Shown here: one piece after another, positions 31,127 through 42,108 of the stretch
Layout of the letters: every line of letters starts with the position of its first letter
Position numbering within the stretch: position 1 is the first letter of the stretch
Assembly (NCBI GenBank): GCA_047947115.1
Contig: CP170459.1
Span: forward strand, 1,760,001-1,824,000
Source: Verrucomicrobiota bacterium
GTDB taxonomy: Bacteria > Verrucomicrobiota > Verrucomicrobiia > Limisphaerales > AAA164-E04
Length of the DNA stretch: 64,000 bases
Direction of reading: 5' to 3'
Made by a program: the position numbers and the translations under genes
Notes under the pieces: generated by a model
What the model was told of the DNA's origin: nothing
The model's database searches: none
What the model saw: the letters and a program-made list of their open reading frames with translations, nothing else

Positions 31127-32551
31127 ATGAAAACGATTTCTCTTTTATTAGCGTTATTATGCTGCCTGGCTGGAGGCACGACTGTCCGTGGTGATCAGGC
31201 AAGGCCGAATGTTTTGTTGATTTGTGTGGATGACTTGCGGCCTGAACTCAACTGTTTCGGTCAATCCTACATCTACTCCCCGAATATCGATCGTCTAGCC
31301 GCTGCCGGGCGCATCTTTCGCAGTCATTATGTGCAGGCTCCAACTTGTGGCGCTTCCCGCAACACGCTGCTCACCGGCAGGTATGGCAGTGCCGGAAACG
31401 ATGCTCTGTTCCGGCGTGCCGCTGCCCTGAAGAAGCAGCCGGACTCTTATCCCCCGAGTATGCCTGAATGGTTTCGTCAACATGGATACACCACCGTTTC
31501 CGTTGGAAAAGTGTCGCATCATCCCGGCGGTTGGGGAGGGGAGGATTGGGATGACCTGACCCAGATCGAGATGCCCGGTGCCTGGTCCAGGCAGTTGCTT
31601 CCGTCCGGACCCTGGCAGCATCCGCGCGGATGGATGCATGGGCTTGCGAACGGGGAGATTCGCGTGAAAGCAGGAGATATGGATTTGTTCCAATCCGAAG
31701 AGGGATCGGATTCGATCTATCCGGATGGCATCTCGGTGGATGAAGCATTGCGGCAGATGGACAGCTTGGCCTCCGATGCGGACCATCCATTCTTTCTCGC
31801 CGTAGGTATCCTGCGACCTCACCTGCCGTTCGGGGCGCCCGCAAAATACATGACCCATTACAAAGATGCCGAGCTTCCGGCGACACTGCACCCATCCAAA
31901 CCGGAAGGGCGCACGACTTGGCATCGGTCCGGAGAATTCATGAAATACAATCGGTGGGGGCGCAATCCGAATGACGATGACACGTTTGCAGTGGAGGTGC
32001 GAAAACACTATGCGGCCTGTGTGAGCTATGCCGACGCGCAAGTGGGTAAATTACTCCAAAGGCTCGATGAAACGGGCATGCGTCAAAACACGGTGATCGT
32101 GCTTTGGGGGGATCACGGCTGGCATCTGGGGGAACATGCCATTTGGGGCAAACATGCCTTGTTTGAGGAATCCTTGCGCTCGCCTTTGATTATTTCACAC
32201 CCCGAGATGAGTGATCCCGGGAGTGCCACCGATTCGATTGTGGAAACATTGGACCTTTTTCCGACGCTCTGTGATCTCACCGGAGTGTCGATTCCGGATT
32301 TTGCACATGGTGTGTCCCTGGTTCCCATGTTGGAAGATCCGGCGCATGGCGGGCATCCTGCCATTTCCTATACAGGGAACGCTCAAACGATTCGAACCGA
32401 CACTCATCGGATGATCCTGCACAAGGATGGTTTCGTAGAGCTATATGATCACCGAACACCAGATGGCGAGACGCGGAATGTGGCAGGTGAACACCTTGGG
32501 TTGGTTGGCAATCTGACCATTAAGTTGCAACAAAGATTGAAATTGAATTGA
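31127..32551 (+). CDS. Sulfatase (iduronate-2-sulfatase-like)
   Basis: [17 protein letters not shown] formylglycine motif, [16 protein letters not shown]. Confidence 0.92.
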   Translation: MKTISLLLALLCCLAGGTTVRGDQARPNVLLICVDDLRPELNCFGQSYIYSPNIDRLAAAGRIFRSHYVQAPTCGASRNTLLTGRYGSAGNDALFRRAAALKKQPDSYPPSMPEWFRQHGYTTVSVGKVSHHPGGWGGEDWDDLTQIEMPGAWSRQLLPSGPWQHPRGWMHGLANGEIRVKAGDMDLFQSEEGSDSIYPDGISVDEALRQMDSLASDADHPFFLAVGILRPHLPFGAPAKYMTHYKDAELPATLHPSKPEGRTTWHRSGEFMKYNRWGRNPNDDDTFAVEVRKHYAACVSYADAQVGKLLQRLDETGMRQNTVIVLWGDHGWHLGEHAIWGKHALFEESLRSPLIISHPEMSDPGSATDSIVETLDLFPTLCDLTGVSIPDFAHGVSLVPMLEDPAHGGHPAISYTGNAQTIRTDTHRMILHKDGFVELYDHRTPDGETRNVAGEHLGLVGNLTIKLQQRLKLN

Positions 32552-32586
32552 AGGAATAGATCTCTTGCCTATTCCCTCTCAATCAT

Positions 32587-33525
32587 ATGGCCGGACCAAG
32601 ACAACATGGATGGCAGGAAAGGCATGGATTTACTTTGATAGAACTATTGGTGGTGATTGCAGTCATTGCCATACTGGGTTCACTTTTGTTGCCTACTCTT
32701 TCGAATGCCAAAAGTAAAGCCGAGGAGATTGTCTGCGTGAATAACGTCCGGCAAATGATGGTCGGTGTCAGGATGTATGTGGATGAAGCAGGGCATTATC
32801 CGGGGCTGGTTGACAGCAGAAATCCCACAGACCGGAAATACTGGTTTGACTTTCTTGAGCCTTACTTGGATCAGGATTGGCCCGAGTCTAGATTGAGCGC
32901 TCCTGGATCAAGTTTTTCTTGTCCGTCTTATACGCGGTTGGGGGGGAATTACTCCGCTCACAAACCTTATTTCGCTCAACGCTTGAATCGTGATGGCAAT
33001 CCGATCGGTGAGGGAATTCCGATGGAATTGTCCATGGGAGCATATGCATACAACGGCTCGGGGACTGGGGTCACTTACCGCGATGTATCTCAAGGACGGA
33101 ATTTAGGATTGCGAGGTGATTGGCCCGATTGGAAAGATCCCTCTTACCATATCCCAGTCTCCGAATCGCGCATTGTTCAACCTTCTGGATTGATCGCTTT
33201 AGGGGATGCTCCGGTTTACAGTGGATCAACCCTGACCTCTTCAGGTATCCTTGATCAGGACAGGAGGCAATTATCCGGTCGACTTGCTTTTGGATTGTTC
33301 CATCGAAATGATGTTGAAAACGTTTTCTTTTCTTCGCTCAGCATCTTAGAAGAGGCTACGGAATACTATGCTGTCGGCTTCCAGGCCATGAAAAGAAGGC
33401 ATCGGGCCAAACAATCCATGGGTTTTGCGGACGGCCACGTTGAAATCAAATCGATTCCAAAATTCAATGACCTTGGAATCAAAAGCATTCGGCGACTCTG
33501 GAACACCGATCATCAACCTCATTGA
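32587..33525 (+). CDS. Prepilin-type N-terminal cleavage/methylation protein with H-X9-DG motif
   Basis: GFTLIELLVVIAVIAIL at the N-terminus; HRAKQSMGFADGH near the C-terminus. Confidence 0.9.
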   Translation: MAGPRQHGWQERHGFTLIELLVVIAVIAILGSLLLPTLSNAKSKAEEIVCVNNVRQMMVGVRMYVDEAGHYPGLVDSRNPTDRKYWFDFLEPYLDQDWPESRLSAPGSSFSCPSYTRLGGNYSAHKPYFAQRLNRDGNPIGEGIPMELSMGAYAYNGSGTGVTYRDVSQGRNLGLRGDWPDWKDPSYHIPVSESRIVQPSGLIALGDAPVYSGSTLTSSGILDQDRRQLSGRLAFGLFHRNDVENVFFSSLSILEEATEYYAVGFQAMKRRHRAKQSMGFADGHVEIKSIPKFNDLGIKSIRRLWNTDHQPH

Positions 33526-33729
33526 GCTTCCTTCTCTGCTTAATAATTGCTGAATATCTTACTTCAGACATAAGAAAAACAACAATTATTTACAGAGAGA
33601 TACACTCCTGTTCAAGATCGCTCAATCCTACCGTACTATTTTCCTGGAGGGAGTTCATCATGCTCGGGAATTCATTTTTTGCCAATACGAACTGGCCATT
33701 GATTTGTTCTTTGTTCATGATCACGGGAG

Positions 33730-35196
33730 ATGTCCATTTTTAGTTTCAGTTTTCGATTTGCCTTACTGTGGGCGGTTGTATTGGGTGGTGTTTCGGTGAA
33801 AGCGGCGAGTGGCGATCGCAAACCCAATTTTATTTTCATACTGAGCGATGATATCGCCCAAGGAGATCTCGGGTGTTACGGGCAAAAACTGATTCAGACA
33901 CCTCGCCTGGACGCAATGGCTGCGCAGGGAACGCGTTATTTGCAGGCTTATTGTGGCACCAGTGTGTGCGCGCCGAGTCGTTCTTCGTTTTTTAGCGGGT
34001 TGCACACAGGGCACTGTCCAGTGCGCGGTAATTATGAAGTGCCACCGGAAGGTCAGTTGCCTCTGCCCAACGCGACTGTCACCATCGCCGAAGTGGCCAA
34101 ATCCGCAGGTTATGCCACTGCCACGTTTGGCAAATGGGGGATGGGTTTCTTCGACACAGAGGGAAGTCCGTTCAACCAGGGTGTCGACCACTTTTACGGG
34201 TACAATTGTCAGCGGCATGCTCACTCCTATTTCCCAACCTATCTTTACGACGACGCTCAACCTTTTGTTCTACCAGGAAATGATGGTCAAACGGTTGGAG
34301 AAACGTATGCTCAGGCGTTGATCCAGGATGATTTGATTCGGTGGGTGAGGGCCAATGCTGAAAACCCGTTTTTATTGTTCTATGCGATAACCTTGCCTCA
34401 TGGACGGCATGAAATCGATGATTACGGGATCTACGAAGACATGCCCTGGACCGACAAGCAAAAGGCTTATGCGGCGCAAGTGACCCGGATCGATGCCGAT
34501 ATCGGGGAACTGGTGGATACGTTGAAATTGCTCGGAATCGCCGAAGATACGTTGATTGTATTCAGTGGTGACAACGGATCATCGTTTGACCCGAAGTCTG
34601 AGATCGGAAGGCGATTTGATCAGGCCAGCAACGGATTACGAGGATACAAACGGGGTATGTATGAAGGAGCCATGCGGCAGGCTGCATTTGCCTGGTGGCC
34701 CGGGACTGTGACGGCTGGACGCGTGGATGATCAGCCATGGGCTTTTTGGGACTTGATGCCGACTTTTGTGGAAATGAGTGGTGTCGTTCCGCCAAAAGGG
34801 TATGAGACCGATGGATATTCACTTTTGAGTTATCTCAAGGGAGGTGATGCGCCTAAGCGTGATTATTTTTATTGGGAACTGCATCTTGGTGACAATCCTG
34901 TTCAGGCTGCCCGGTTTGGTGATTGGAAAGCGGTCCGCAATGGAGTTCACAAAGCCATCGAGATTTATGATTTGTCACAAGATCCCGGCGAGACGAAAAA
35001 TTTGGCTTCCAGTCGTTCCGATCTGGTTCAAAAAGCTGAAGCCATTTTTAAGGAAGCTCATCGGCCTGACCCTAATTGGCCGTTGGATCATCGAACGGAG
35101 ATGCACAAACAAAGCGCGGCCAAGGCTTGGGAAATAAAGCGCAACCGCGACAAGAACCGTTGGATTCCTGAAAATGCCATCCATCCAACAAATTGA
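33730..35196 (+). CDS. Arylsulfatase
   Basis: [19 protein letters not shown] and SGDNG. Confidence 0.93.
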   Translation: MSIFSFSFRFALLWAVVLGGVSVKAASGDRKPNFIFILSDDIAQGDLGCYGQKLIQTPRLDAMAAQGTRYLQAYCGTSVCAPSRSSFFSGLHTGHCPVRGNYEVPPEGQLPLPNATVTIAEVAKSAGYATATFGKWGMGFFDTEGSPFNQGVDHFYGYNCQRHAHSYFPTYLYDDAQPFVLPGNDGQTVGETYAQALIQDDLIRWVRANAENPFLLFYAITLPHGRHEIDDYGIYEDMPWTDKQKAYAAQVTRIDADIGELVDTLKLLGIAEDTLIVFSGDNGSSFDPKSEIGRRFDQASNGLRGYKRGMYEGAMRQAAFAWWPGTVTAGRVDDQPWAFWDLMPTFVEMSGVVPPKGYETDGYSLLSYLKGGDAPKRDYFYWELHLGDNPVQAARFGDWKAVRNGVHKAIEIYDLSQDPGETKNLASSRSDLVQKAEAIFKEAHRPDPNWPLDHRTEMHKQSAAKAWEIKRNRDKNRWIPENAIHPTN

Positions 35197-35204
35197 ATCT
35201 GATC

Positions 35205-38200
35205 ATGAAACAAATCATTGCTCTCACTTTTGTCATCGCACAGGTAGCTATCCTGCCAGCTTCCATTTGGGGTGCCGCCAAGACCACAAAGGCTGGGCCA
35301 CATGCTGAATTTCCTGAACCATCCGATGCCTTATGGGTACGATCGCAGGCTTTGCAATCACCGAACAAAGGCGAGAGTGTTGTTTTTATTGGCAATGGTT
35401 TGGCCGAACGCGATGTTTGGTACAGCCGTTTGGAGACCGAATTGCACATGCGGTTCCCTGATCAGGAATTGTTTGTACGCAACATGGGCAAGCCCGGTGA
35501 CACGCCTGGTTTCCGTCCGCATGCCTCGCGTGGTTCTCAATGGGCGTTTCCGGGCGCCGAAAAATTTCACCCCAATCATCAGCATCATGAGGGGATCGGT
35601 TTTTTCCCAACTCCGGATCAATGGTTGACCCATTTGCAGGCCGATACCATCGTCGCCTTTTTTGGACACAATGAATCGTTCGCGGGTGAAGCAGGTCTCT
35701 CCAATTATGAAGCCGAACTGACTGCTTGGGTGAAACATACTTTCACAAAAGCTTATAATGGAGAATACGCCCCGCGATTGGTGTTGGTTTCGCCGATTGC
35801 TTTTGAGGACTTGTCCGATCACCGTCACCTGCCCGATGGGCAAAAGGAAAATGCCAATTTGAAACTCTACACAACCGCCATGGACCGCGTGGCGAAACAA
35901 TTCGGTTTGACTTTTGTGAATCTCTTTGACCGCACGAAGGGTTTCTATGAACGGCAGGATGAACCCTTCACGATCAATGGATTTGCTCCCACCGAAGCCG
36001 GATATCAACAGATCGCCAAATGGTTGGCGGACGATCTTTTTGGGGAAGCGCCCCGAGTATCCAGAGCGGATCCTGAACTAGTGCATGCCGCCGTGAAACA
36101 AAAGGATTGGATGTGGAACAATGATTACAATCTGGTGAACGGTGTGCACACTCACGGTCGTCGCTACAACCCCTACGGACCACAAAACTATCCGGATGAA
36201 CTTAAAAAGACACGAGAGATGGCCTACCTCAGGGACGATCGCATCCACCTGATTGCCCAAGGTAAATCGCATTCCCTGGAGATCAACGACGCCCGAACCC
36301 ATGAGTTGCCCACCGTGCCGACTAATTTTAAACAAAACGATGAGCGGGGTAAAATGGGCAGCACGAGCTACCAGGATGGAGAGGAAGCCATCAAGGATCT
36401 CACTATGGCAGAAGGTTTCCAGGTGGAGCTATTTGCATCGGAAAAACAATTTCCGGATTTGAAAAATCCCGTGCAGATGTCTTTTGACAACAAAGGTCGT
36501 CTATGGGTGGCTGTGATGCCAACGTATCCACATTGGAAACCGGGTGATTCCATGCCGAACGACAAGTTGATCATTCTCGAAGACACCGATCACGATGGAC
36601 GTGCCGATAAACAAATCACATTCGCAGACGGACTCAATTTGCCGATCGGTTTTGAGATTGAACCGGACGGGGTTTATCTTTCCCAGGAACCAAACCTTGC
36701 CCGGCTGGTTGATGAGGACAATGACGACCATGCCGATCGCATGGATTTGCTGTTGCACGGTTTTGATTCGCACGACACCCATCATGCCATTTCGGCTTAT
36801 TGCGCCGATGCATCCGGATCATTTTATATGGGCGAAGGGCGGTTTTTACATAGTCAGGTGGAAACTCCCTACGGCGCCCAGCGCTGTAATGACGGTGGCG
36901 TATGGCGGTTTGATCCGGTGACGTTCCGTTTGATTCGTTACAGCCAGACCGATTTCTCGAATCCCTGGGGTGTGGCATTTGATTACTGGGAACAGTGTTA
37001 TATTGCCGATGGTTCACCCGGGAAAAGTTGGTGGGGATTACCTATTTCCGCCAAGATGCCCTATGGGGTGGAAATACCAAAGATCAATACCTTTGTTCCC
37101 AAGCGCGCGCGTCCCACTTCCGGAACAGAATTTGTCAGTTCACGTCATTTTCCCGAGGAATGGCAGGGGGCATTCATGATCTGCAACAGTATCGGATTTC
37201 TTGGCATCAGCGTAGCGAAAGTTCAGGAAGATGGCGCGGGATATAAGGGAGAGTTGATCGCTGATCTTATCTCTTCAAGCGATCGAAATTTTCGCCCGGT
37301 GGACCTGGAATTTGCGCCTGATGGATCGCTCTACTTTGTGGATTGGCAAAACACCTTGATCGGTCATATGCAGCACAATGCCCGTGATCCCAATCGTGAT
37401 CATGACCACGGTCGCATCTACCGCATCACGCACAAAACACGGCCGTTGGTGCAGCCTGCCAAGGTTGCCGGCGCTTCGATTTCCGAGCTGTTGGAAAACC
37501 TCAAACTCCCCGAGTACCGCACACGCTATCGCTGCCGACGTGCATTGCGGGGCAGGTCAGCAGGCGAAGTGCTGCCAGCCGTCAAAGAATGGGCGAACAA
37601 TCTGGACCGCCAGGATCCCGGTTATGAGCACCATCTGTGCGAAGCCTTGTGGGTGACTTGGGGGCAGCGAAAGGTCGATATGGACATCCTGCAAAAATGC
37701 CTCCATGCCCGTTCACATCAGGCTCGGGCGGCAGCTGTCAGTGTCCTGCGATTTTCACATCAGGACCTGCCGAACACCATGAACCTGTTCTTGCAGGCGG
37801 CTCATGACACACATCCACGTGTGCGATTGGAAGCCATCGTGGCGGCGTCATGGATCGATACCCCGGAAGCGGCACAGATCGTGTTGGAAGCTTTGCGGTA
37901 TCCGTTTGATGAATGGACCGGGCCCGTTACCCAAACCATCCTCAACGAAACACTCGCCGAAGATGTGCAAATGTTGTTGAAACGAGAAGAGAATCCTTAC
38001 CCCATTGCCCGAAACGAGCGCGCCCGTCAATTCCTGGCAGGCGAACTGGACTTGACCAAGGGTTTCGAATCCGAGGCGGACAAACGTTATGGCCCCACTT
38101 CGCCTTTGAGTGTCGCACAGATGAAACAATATGAGTTGGGACGTGAAGTGTTTCGTCGGGATGCGCATTGTTCGACCTGTCATCAGGCCAACGGCAAGGG

Positions 38201-38588
38201 CGTACCCTCCATTTATCCACCTTTGGAAATGACGGACAATCCGTGGTTGAAAGATGATAACGATCGATTGATCAAGGTGGTTTTGAAAGGATTGTGGGGG
38301 CCGATGCAATTGAAAGGCCAGACATTTGACCCGAGCAAAGGGGTGCCACCCATGCCGGGATTTGCGCCCTTATTGAGTGATGAAGAAGTTGCGGCGGTGA
38401 TCAACTATGTCCGCAATTCATTCGGCAACGAATCCGAGTTCATTCAGGCCGATCAAGTCGCCCGAATTCGCCAAAGTATCGAAGGAAGACAGGACTTTTA
38501 CCGCATTGAAGAAATTATGGGAGAACACCCGATTCAAGGGTGGGAAGCATGGAGCAAGGAAGCTGGTACTTACCAGGCTTTCGAGTGA
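35205..38588 (+). CDS. PVC-type membrane-associated dehydrogenase-like protein (SGNH + beta-propeller + HEAT repeats + cytochrome c)
   Basis: VFIGNGLAER, FRPVDLEFAPDGSLYFVDW, HEAT-like repeats and heme motif CSTCH with distal MPGF. Confidence 0.9.
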   Translation: MKQIIALTFVIAQVAILPASIWGAAKTTKAGPHAEFPEPSDALWVRSQALQSPNKGESVVFIGNGLAERDVWYSRLETELHMRFPDQELFVRNMGKPGDTPGFRPHASRGSQWAFPGAEKFHPNHQHHEGIGFFPTPDQWLTHLQADTIVAFFGHNESFAGEAGLSNYEAELTAWVKHTFTKAYNGEYAPRLVLVSPIAFEDLSDHRHLPDGQKENANLKLYTTAMDRVAKQFGLTFVNLFDRTKGFYERQDEPFTINGFAPTEAGYQQIAKWLADDLFGEAPRVSRADPELVHAAVKQKDWMWNNDYNLVNGVHTHGRRYNPYGPQNYPDELKKTREMAYLRDDRIHLIAQGKSHSLEINDARTHELPTVPTNFKQNDERGKMGSTSYQDGEEAIKDLTMAEGFQVELFASEKQFPDLKNPVQMSFDNKGRLWVAVMPTYPHWKPGDSMPNDKLIILEDTDHDGRADKQITFADGLNLPIGFEIEPDGVYLSQEPNLARLVDEDNDDHADRMDLLLHGFDSHDTHHAISAYCADASGSFYMGEGRFLHSQVETPYGAQRCNDGGVWRFDPVTFRLIRYSQTDFSNPWGVAFDYWEQCYIADGSPGKSWWGLPISAKMPYGVEIPKINTFVPKRARPTSGTEFVSSRHFPEEWQGAFMICNSIGFLGISVAKVQEDGAGYKGELIADLISSSDRNFRPVDLEFAPDGSLYFVDWQNTLIGHMQHNARDPNRDHDHGRIYRITHKTRPLVQPAKVAGASISELLENLKLPEYRTRYRCRRALRGRSAGEVLPAVKEWANNLDRQDPGYEHHLCEALWVTWGQRKVDMDILQKCLHARSHQARAAAVSVLRFSHQDLPNTMNLFLQAAHDTHPRVRLEAIVAASWIDTPEAAQIVLEALRYPFDEWTGPVTQTILNETLAEDVQMLLKREENPYPIARNERARQFLAGELDLTKGFESEADKRYGPTSPLSVAQMKQYELGREVFRRDAHCSTCHQANGKGVPSIYPPLEMTDNPWLKDDNDRLIKVVLKGLWGPMQLKGQTFDPSKGVPPMPGFAPLLSDEEVAAVINYVRNSFGNESEFIQADQVARIRQSIEGRQDFYRIEEIMGEHPIQGWEAWSKEAGTYQAFE

Positions 38589-38623
38589 TAACAAATCTGC
38601 TTGGAATTCCTACGATCGAAACG

Positions 38624-38651
38624 AGGCGTCGCTCAGGAATGGGCGACGCCT
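38624..38651. terminator. Hairpin between convergent genes
   Basis: AGGCGTCGCTC-AGGAAT-GGGCGACGCCT. Confidence 0.65.
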
Positions 38652-38679
38652 TTCCTTGGTCTGTACCAAAAGTTACTTG

Positions 38680-39420
38680 TTACCGGTAAGGTTGGTTCAA
38701 TGCCACTTTGGTTTCCTTGCGTCGTTTGCGGAGTTTCATGTTGATGAATTCAACTCCAAGCGAGAAAGCCATCGCGAAGTAGATGTAGCCTTTTTCCACA
38801 TGTTTGCCCAGACCTTCCAGGGTGAGGACAAATCCTATCAGGATAAGAAAGCTCAGGGCCAACACTTTGAGAGTGGGGTGGGCGTCGATGAAACGACTGA
38901 CGGCGTTGACGAAGAAAAACATGACCGCCATGGCGATCACGACAGCGGTGATCATGATGGAGATCTCACGAACCATCCCGACGGCGGTGATCACCGAATC
39001 CAATGAAAATACCACATCGAGCAACATAATCTGAACCAGCACACTGGCGTAGCTGACTTTCATCGCATTGGTCTTTTCTCCATCCTCGCCTTCAAGTTTG
39101 CTATGAATCTCGTGAGTAGCTTTGGCGATGAGAAACAAGCCTCCGATGAGTAGGATCAGATCTCGACCGGAAATCGATTTGCCCATGACGGCGAACAGAG
39201 GGTCGGTCAGTTTCGCCATCCAGGCAATTCCCATGAGCAGGATCACGCGGGTGATCAGCGCCAGGGCCAGGCCCGTTTTTCGTGCTTTGTCCTGTTGTTC
39301 CTTGGGGAGTTTTCCGGCAAGGATCGAAATAAAGACGATATTGTCGATGCCAAGAACGATTTCAAGGAGTGTCAAGGTCAGCAAACTGACCCATGCTTCG
39401 GGTGAGGAGATCCATTCCAT
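38680..39420 (-). CDS. TerC family membrane protein
   Basis: LEIVLGIDNIVFI and DVVFSLDSVITAVG. Confidence 0.93.
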   Translation of the reverse strand: MEWISSPEAWVSLLTLTLLEIVLGIDNIVFISILAGKLPKEQQDKARKTGLALALITRVILLMGIAWMAKLTDPLFAVMGKSISGRDLILLIGGLFLIAKATHEIHSKLEGEDGEKTNAMKVSYASVLVQIMLLDVVFSLDSVITAVGMVREISIMITAVVIAMAVMFFFVNAVSRFIDAHPTLKVLALSFLILIGFVLTLEGLGKHVEKGYIYFAMAFSLGVEFINMKLRKRRKETKVALNQPYR

Positions 39421-39489
39421 GTATGTTTCGAAATTTCTTTTCTTGATTCAATGATTACTGGGAGGCTGCCACAAAACAGAAGATTGTCA

Positions 39490-40527
39490 TCAAAACAAAT
39501 TTCCGACCGCCATGCCAATCACACTCATAGGGCCCTGGTCTTCCAGGCTTTCGGTGGCTTTGTCCACTTTTTGAAGTGTCGTGGTGGCGTTGTTGAGCAA
39601 GGCTGGGTCGTTGATGAGCATGCCGATGCTGCCTTTGCCTTGATTCAACTTTTCGAGCACTTCGCGTAGATTCATCATAGCGGTGGTCGTTTCATTGTAG
39701 AGAGTCGGATCACTCGTCAATTTGCCAAGTGTGCCCTCCCCCTGATTCAGTTTGGCGACGACGCTACGGGCTTCCGCCAAGGTCTCGGTGATTTGGTCGG
39801 TTGATTTTTTGAGCTTGTCGACCGTTGCGATCGCGGAGTCGTATAGCTCACGATCAGAGATCAGTTTGCCCACGGTGCCTTCCCCATTGGCTATGTCTCC
39901 GGAAACTTTTTCGAGGTTCGTCAGCATGTTGCTCAGTTTGTCCTTGTTTTGCTGGATCAAATCTCCAAGGGGGCCCAGGATGTCCCCGAAGGTGTCGCCG
40001 GAAAAGGATGAAGTCATGTTTTCCACGCCCTCCGCCACGCCCTCCAGCTTGGCCATCAGTGTGCTGAGATCAGGTTGTTCCAGCGTGACCAGTTCGGTAC
40101 CGTTTTCTATGGGGACACCGGCTTCACCGAACTTGACCGCCACATAGTGCTGGCCCATGAGTCCTTCGAATTGGATGGACGCTTCACTGTCGGTGCGGAT
40201 GGCCGCCTGTTTGTCCTGGTCGATTTCAAGCTCCACCAGAACCTTGTTCGAGTCAAAAGCAATGGTCGCCACGCGTCCCACCTGCACGCCGGCCACCTTG
40301 ACGGGGTCTCCCTTTTTAAGGTCTTTGATGTTCTCAAACCGGGTTCGGACCGTGACAATATCCGAAAAGAGACTGACGGATCCTGCTACTTCCATGAGGA
40401 TGAATGCGGCCACCAGGGCCAGGATCACAAACAAGCCCACCTGTGCTTCGGACGTCCCACGGTTTTTACGTGGGGGGATCGCTGATGGGGTGGGTTTAGC
40501 ATCGGGGTGTTGTTTTGGTGCGTTCAT
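39490..40527 (-). CDS. mlaD: MCE/MlaD family protein with long helical extension
   Basis: TM helix, LKKGDPVKVAGVQVGRV, GLMGQHYV and repeated GEGT(V/L)GKL. Confidence 0.88.
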   Translation of the reverse strand: MNAPKQHPDAKPTPSAIPPRKNRGTSEAQVGLFVILALVAAFILMEVAGSVSLFSDIVTVRTRFENIKDLKKGDPVKVAGVQVGRVATIAFDSNKVLVELEIDQDKQAAIRTDSEASIQFEGLMGQHYVAVKFGEAGVPIENGTELVTLEQPDLSTLMAKLEGVAEGVENMTSSFSGDTFGDILGPLGDLIQQNKDKLSNMLTNLEKVSGDIANGEGTVGKLISDRELYDSAIATVDKLKKSTDQITETLAEARSVVAKLNQGEGTLGKLTSDPTLYNETTTAMMNLREVLEKLNQGKGSIGMLINDPALLNNATTTLQKVDKATESLEDQGPMSVIGMAVGNLF

Positions 40528-40540
40528 GTTGCCAATCGGG

Positions 40541-41314
40541 TTATTGGGTCTTGTTTTGATAATCTTGAATACTTCCCGCGTTCAGGAAGCGGATTGTTTC
40601 TTCGTCGGAATGCTGAGTGATTTCTTCTGGTGAGCGTGGTTCGGTCAGTACCCCGTTTTTCATAAATGCGATCTTGTGGCCAATGCCGAAAGCCAGATCA
40701 CGGTCATGGGTCACGACGATGGAGGTAGTTCCGTATTCCTGGTTCAAGTGCTGGATTTCCTTGCCGATGGTGACAGCGCTCAAGGGATCCAGTTCACTGG
40801 TGGGTTCATCGTAGAAAATCATTTGTGGATTAATCGCCAGGGCGCGCGCGATGGCCACACGTTTTTTCATTCCTCCTGAGAGCGCGCTCGGCATCTTGTG
40901 CTTGTCGATATCGACACTCAGCCCCACTTTTTCCAAGGAATTGTTGACGATGGGATCAATGTCGGTGTCCCGCATGCACTTGGTTTCCTTGAGATACAAT
41001 CCAACGTTTTCACCGACAGATAGTGAATTGAGGAGTCCGCCTGACTGAAAAACAATGGCCAGTTCAAGCTTCTCCCGGGTGGCGGGATCATGGATGGATG
41101 CATCGTTCATCAGTACCTCACCGGAGTCGGGGACTTCCAAACCGATGAGATGGCGTAGCAATACACTTTTTCCGCTGCCGCTTGGTCCCATGATGACGAA
41201 GATAGTGTGAGCTTCGGCGACAAAGTCGATCCCCTTCAGTACAAGATTACCGTCGTAGGATTTTTTCAGCCCGCGCACTTTCAGATCCACAGAGTTGTTG
41301 CTGGAAGAGGTCAT
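40541..41314 (-). CDS. mlaF: MlaF-like ABC ATPase
   Basis: GPSGSGKS, LSGGMKKRVAIARA, YDEPTSELDP and VTHD. Start set at the ATGA overlap with mlaE. Confidence 0.9.
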   Translation of the reverse strand: MTSSSNNSVDLKVRGLKKSYDGNLVLKGIDFVAEAHTIFVIMGPSGSGKSVLLRHLIGLEVPDSGEVLMNDASIHDPATREKLELAIVFQSGGLLNSLSVGENVGLYLKETKCMRDTDIDPIVNNSLEKVGLSVDIDKHKMPSALSGGMKKRVAIARALAINPQMIFYDEPTSELDPLSAVTIGKEIQHLNQEYGTTSIVVTHDRDLAFGIGHKIAFMKNGVLTEPRSPEEITQHSDEETIRFLNAGSIQDYQNKTQ

Positions 41315-42054
41315 TCGAAATATACAAACAGCCGTGTGACGAAATAGTCCAGGATCAGGATAAAGACGATTGATTTGACAACGGATTGCGTGACCGATGC
41401 GCCGATGGCTCGCGGTCCTCCTGACGTTTGCATACCCTGGTAGCAACTCACAAGCCCTATGACGACTCCAAATATCGTGCTTTTGCTGACTCCGTGGATC
41501 AGATCAGGCCATCCCACCGCGATGCGAAGGTTGCTCATGTAGGATTGATAACTGATCCCGATATCATGGTTCATGACGGAGACCAGACCGCCGCCGAGCC
41601 AGCCTACCAGGATGGCAAAGATGACCAACATGGGAAGCGCCGCCGAAATGGCGATCATGCGCGGCAGTACGAGGTATCTGATCGGATCAATTTTCATGGT
41701 CTTGAGAGCGTCGATTTCCTGGTATACCTGCATCGAACCTATCTCCGCTGTCATGGCCGAACCGACTCGGCCGGCGATCAGTATGGACATCATGACGGGG
41801 GCGAGTTCCTTGCACATCGAGAGTCCGACGAGTTGACCAATCACAAACGGCAGGCCACGTTCGACCAGAACCGGACCGGATTGAAGAGCGAGCACCCCAC
41901 CAATGAACAACGAAAGGATACAGCTCATCAATAACGACGCGTTGCCGATTTCGAAAAAAGCCGACAGCACCTTGTCGCGTTGTCGCCAGGCATGGGGCAG
42001 AGCCTGCAGCGTTTGCCACCCCAGCAAGATCATGGCTCCGATAGACCGAATCAT
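41311..42054 (-). CDS. mlaE: MlaE-like ABC permease
   Basis: KELAPV, AGRVGSAMTAEIGSM, EIDAL and YLVLPR. Confidence 0.93.
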   Translation of the reverse strand: MIRSIGAMILLGWQTLQALPHAWRQRDKVLSAFFEIGNASLLMSCILSLFIGGVLALQSGPVLVERGLPFVIGQLVGLSMCKELAPVMMSILIAGRVGSAMTAEIGSMQVYQEIDALKTMKIDPIRYLVLPRMIAISAALPMLVIFAILVGWLGGGLVSVMNHDIGISYQSYMSNLRIAVGWPDLIHGVSKSTIFGVVIGLVSCYQGMQTSGGPRAIGASVTQSVVKSIVFILILDYFVTRLFVYFE

Positions 42055-42108
42055 ATCATTAGAAAATACATTTCAATGGAGATATCCAAGCATCTTATGC
42101 CGCAATGA

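Noticed and set aside
41315..41446. N-terminal extension of mlaF in the ORF track
   Set aside because: It overlaps mlaE in another frame; the ATGA-coupled start at 41314 is more plausible.
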